Shown: in pieces, positions 63,386-64,000 of the stretch
How the letters are laid out: each line of letters begins with the position of its first letter
Position numbering within the stretch: position 1 is the stretch's first letter
IMG/VR virus record: IMGVR_UViG_3300021197_000841
Coordinates: 8,162-72,161 of that record
Length of the DNA: 64,000 nt
Strand: one strand, 5' to 3'
Origin: a virus
Notes under the pieces: model-generated
The model's input: the letters and a program-made list of their open reading frames with translations, nothing else
Database searches by the model: none
What the model was told of the DNA's origin: nothing
Program-made: the position numbers and the translations under genes

Positions 63386-64000
63386 ATGGCAGACAAGAAA
63401 CATATAATTAGATCCCAGGGAAGTATTGACTTTAGTGGTAATACTACTATAAGCAGTACAAATGAACTTAGGGTCAATGATGATCAAATAATTGTTAATG
63501 CCGATCAATCTGCAACAAACTCTACATTAGTTTTTAGACGCAACGGTGGTAGTAATGGTGAAATAAAATGGGTCACTAACGGTTCATCTGGAGAGTTCCA
63601 ATTTACCGGAAATATGTCCTCAAGTCTGTTTAATGGCATTACTACAGATAGTCTATCAGAAGGGTCAAACAATTTATATTATACCGATGCTAGAGCAAGA
63701 GCAAGTATCAGTGAAAGTTCAACACAATTAAGTTACAATAGCAGTACTGGTGTATTAACATATACACAAGGCGATACTGATACAGTTTCAGAAGGTTCCA
63801 CAAATTTATACTTTACTAATGAACGAGTTGACGATAGAGTTAGTGCGTTAGTACAAAACGGAACAGGCATATCTTTTTCATACAACGATAGTGCTGGAAC
63901 ACTAACACCAACTGTAACTTTAACACCATTTGATACTGACGCACTAAGCGAAGGTTCTACAAATTTATACCACACAACTGCTAGAGCAAGAGCAAGTATA
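63386..64000 (+). CDS. fibre-like virion protein with TDxLSEGSxNLY repeats (truncated by window end; absent from the ORF track)
   Basis: GGAG RBS then ATG at 63386 (MADKKHIIRSQG...); open to the window end; three 'TD(S/T/A)(L/V)SEGS(N/T)NLY(Y/F/H)T' repeats. Confidence 0.8.
   Translation, partial: MADKKHIIRSQGSIDFSGNTTISSTNELRVNDDQIIVNADQSATNSTLVFRRNGGSNGEIKWVTNGSSGEFQFTGNMSSSLFNGITTDSLSEGSNNLYYTDARARASISESSTQLSYNSSTGVLTYTQGDTDTVSEGSTNLYFTNERVDDRVSALVQNGTGISFSYNDSAGTLTPTVTLTPFDTDALSEGSTNLYHTTARARASI

Noticed and set aside
112-63975. Many 60-210 aa ORFs antisense to or nested in long genes (e.g. 36200-36778, 20345-20839, 61565-62203)
   Set aside because: Shadow ORFs of strongly codon-biased genes; no RBS or motifs; Ser/Leu/Val-rich antisense composition.
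1-64000. Stop-codon reassignment
   Set aside because: Genes are full length in code 11, and TAA, TAG and TGA all end genes at sensible boundaries.

Overview
This is an AT-rich, densely coding 64-kb segment of a large T4-superfamily (jumbo-type) myovirus genome, probably marine and infecting a Gram-negative host. It uses the standard genetic code. From left to right it holds: (1) a minus-strand tail/baseplate block with two GT-A-like glycosyltransferases, a COLGALT(GT25)-PLOD(GT)-lysyl-hydroxylase-like triple fusion, a 2OG-Fe(II) oxygenase, a fibre protein, a 7,573-aa giant baseplate protein with a (GPQ)n collagen stretch, and gp6- and gp25-like genes; (2) a plus-strand insert with an MTA/SAH nucleosidase and a TonB-dependent receptor; (3) a second baseplate block (degenerate lysozyme, gp5-, hub-, gp53- and gp48/54-like genes); (4) a gp55-like sigma factor, gp47/gp46, a methyltransferase and a GIY-YIG nuclease, followed by a ~460-nt highly structured non-coding element; (5) a gp26-like gene with an apparent programmed -1 frameshift, divergent from a tape-measure-like gene; (6) the head module (portal, core, protease, scaffold, major capsid, terminator) and the start of a repeat-rich fibre gene. 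The most notable signals are the candidate large ncRNA, the collagen-type modification enzyme, the -1 frameshift, leaderless late promoters and the phage-encoded TonB receptor. All product calls rest on motif recognition and gene order; no database searches were run.
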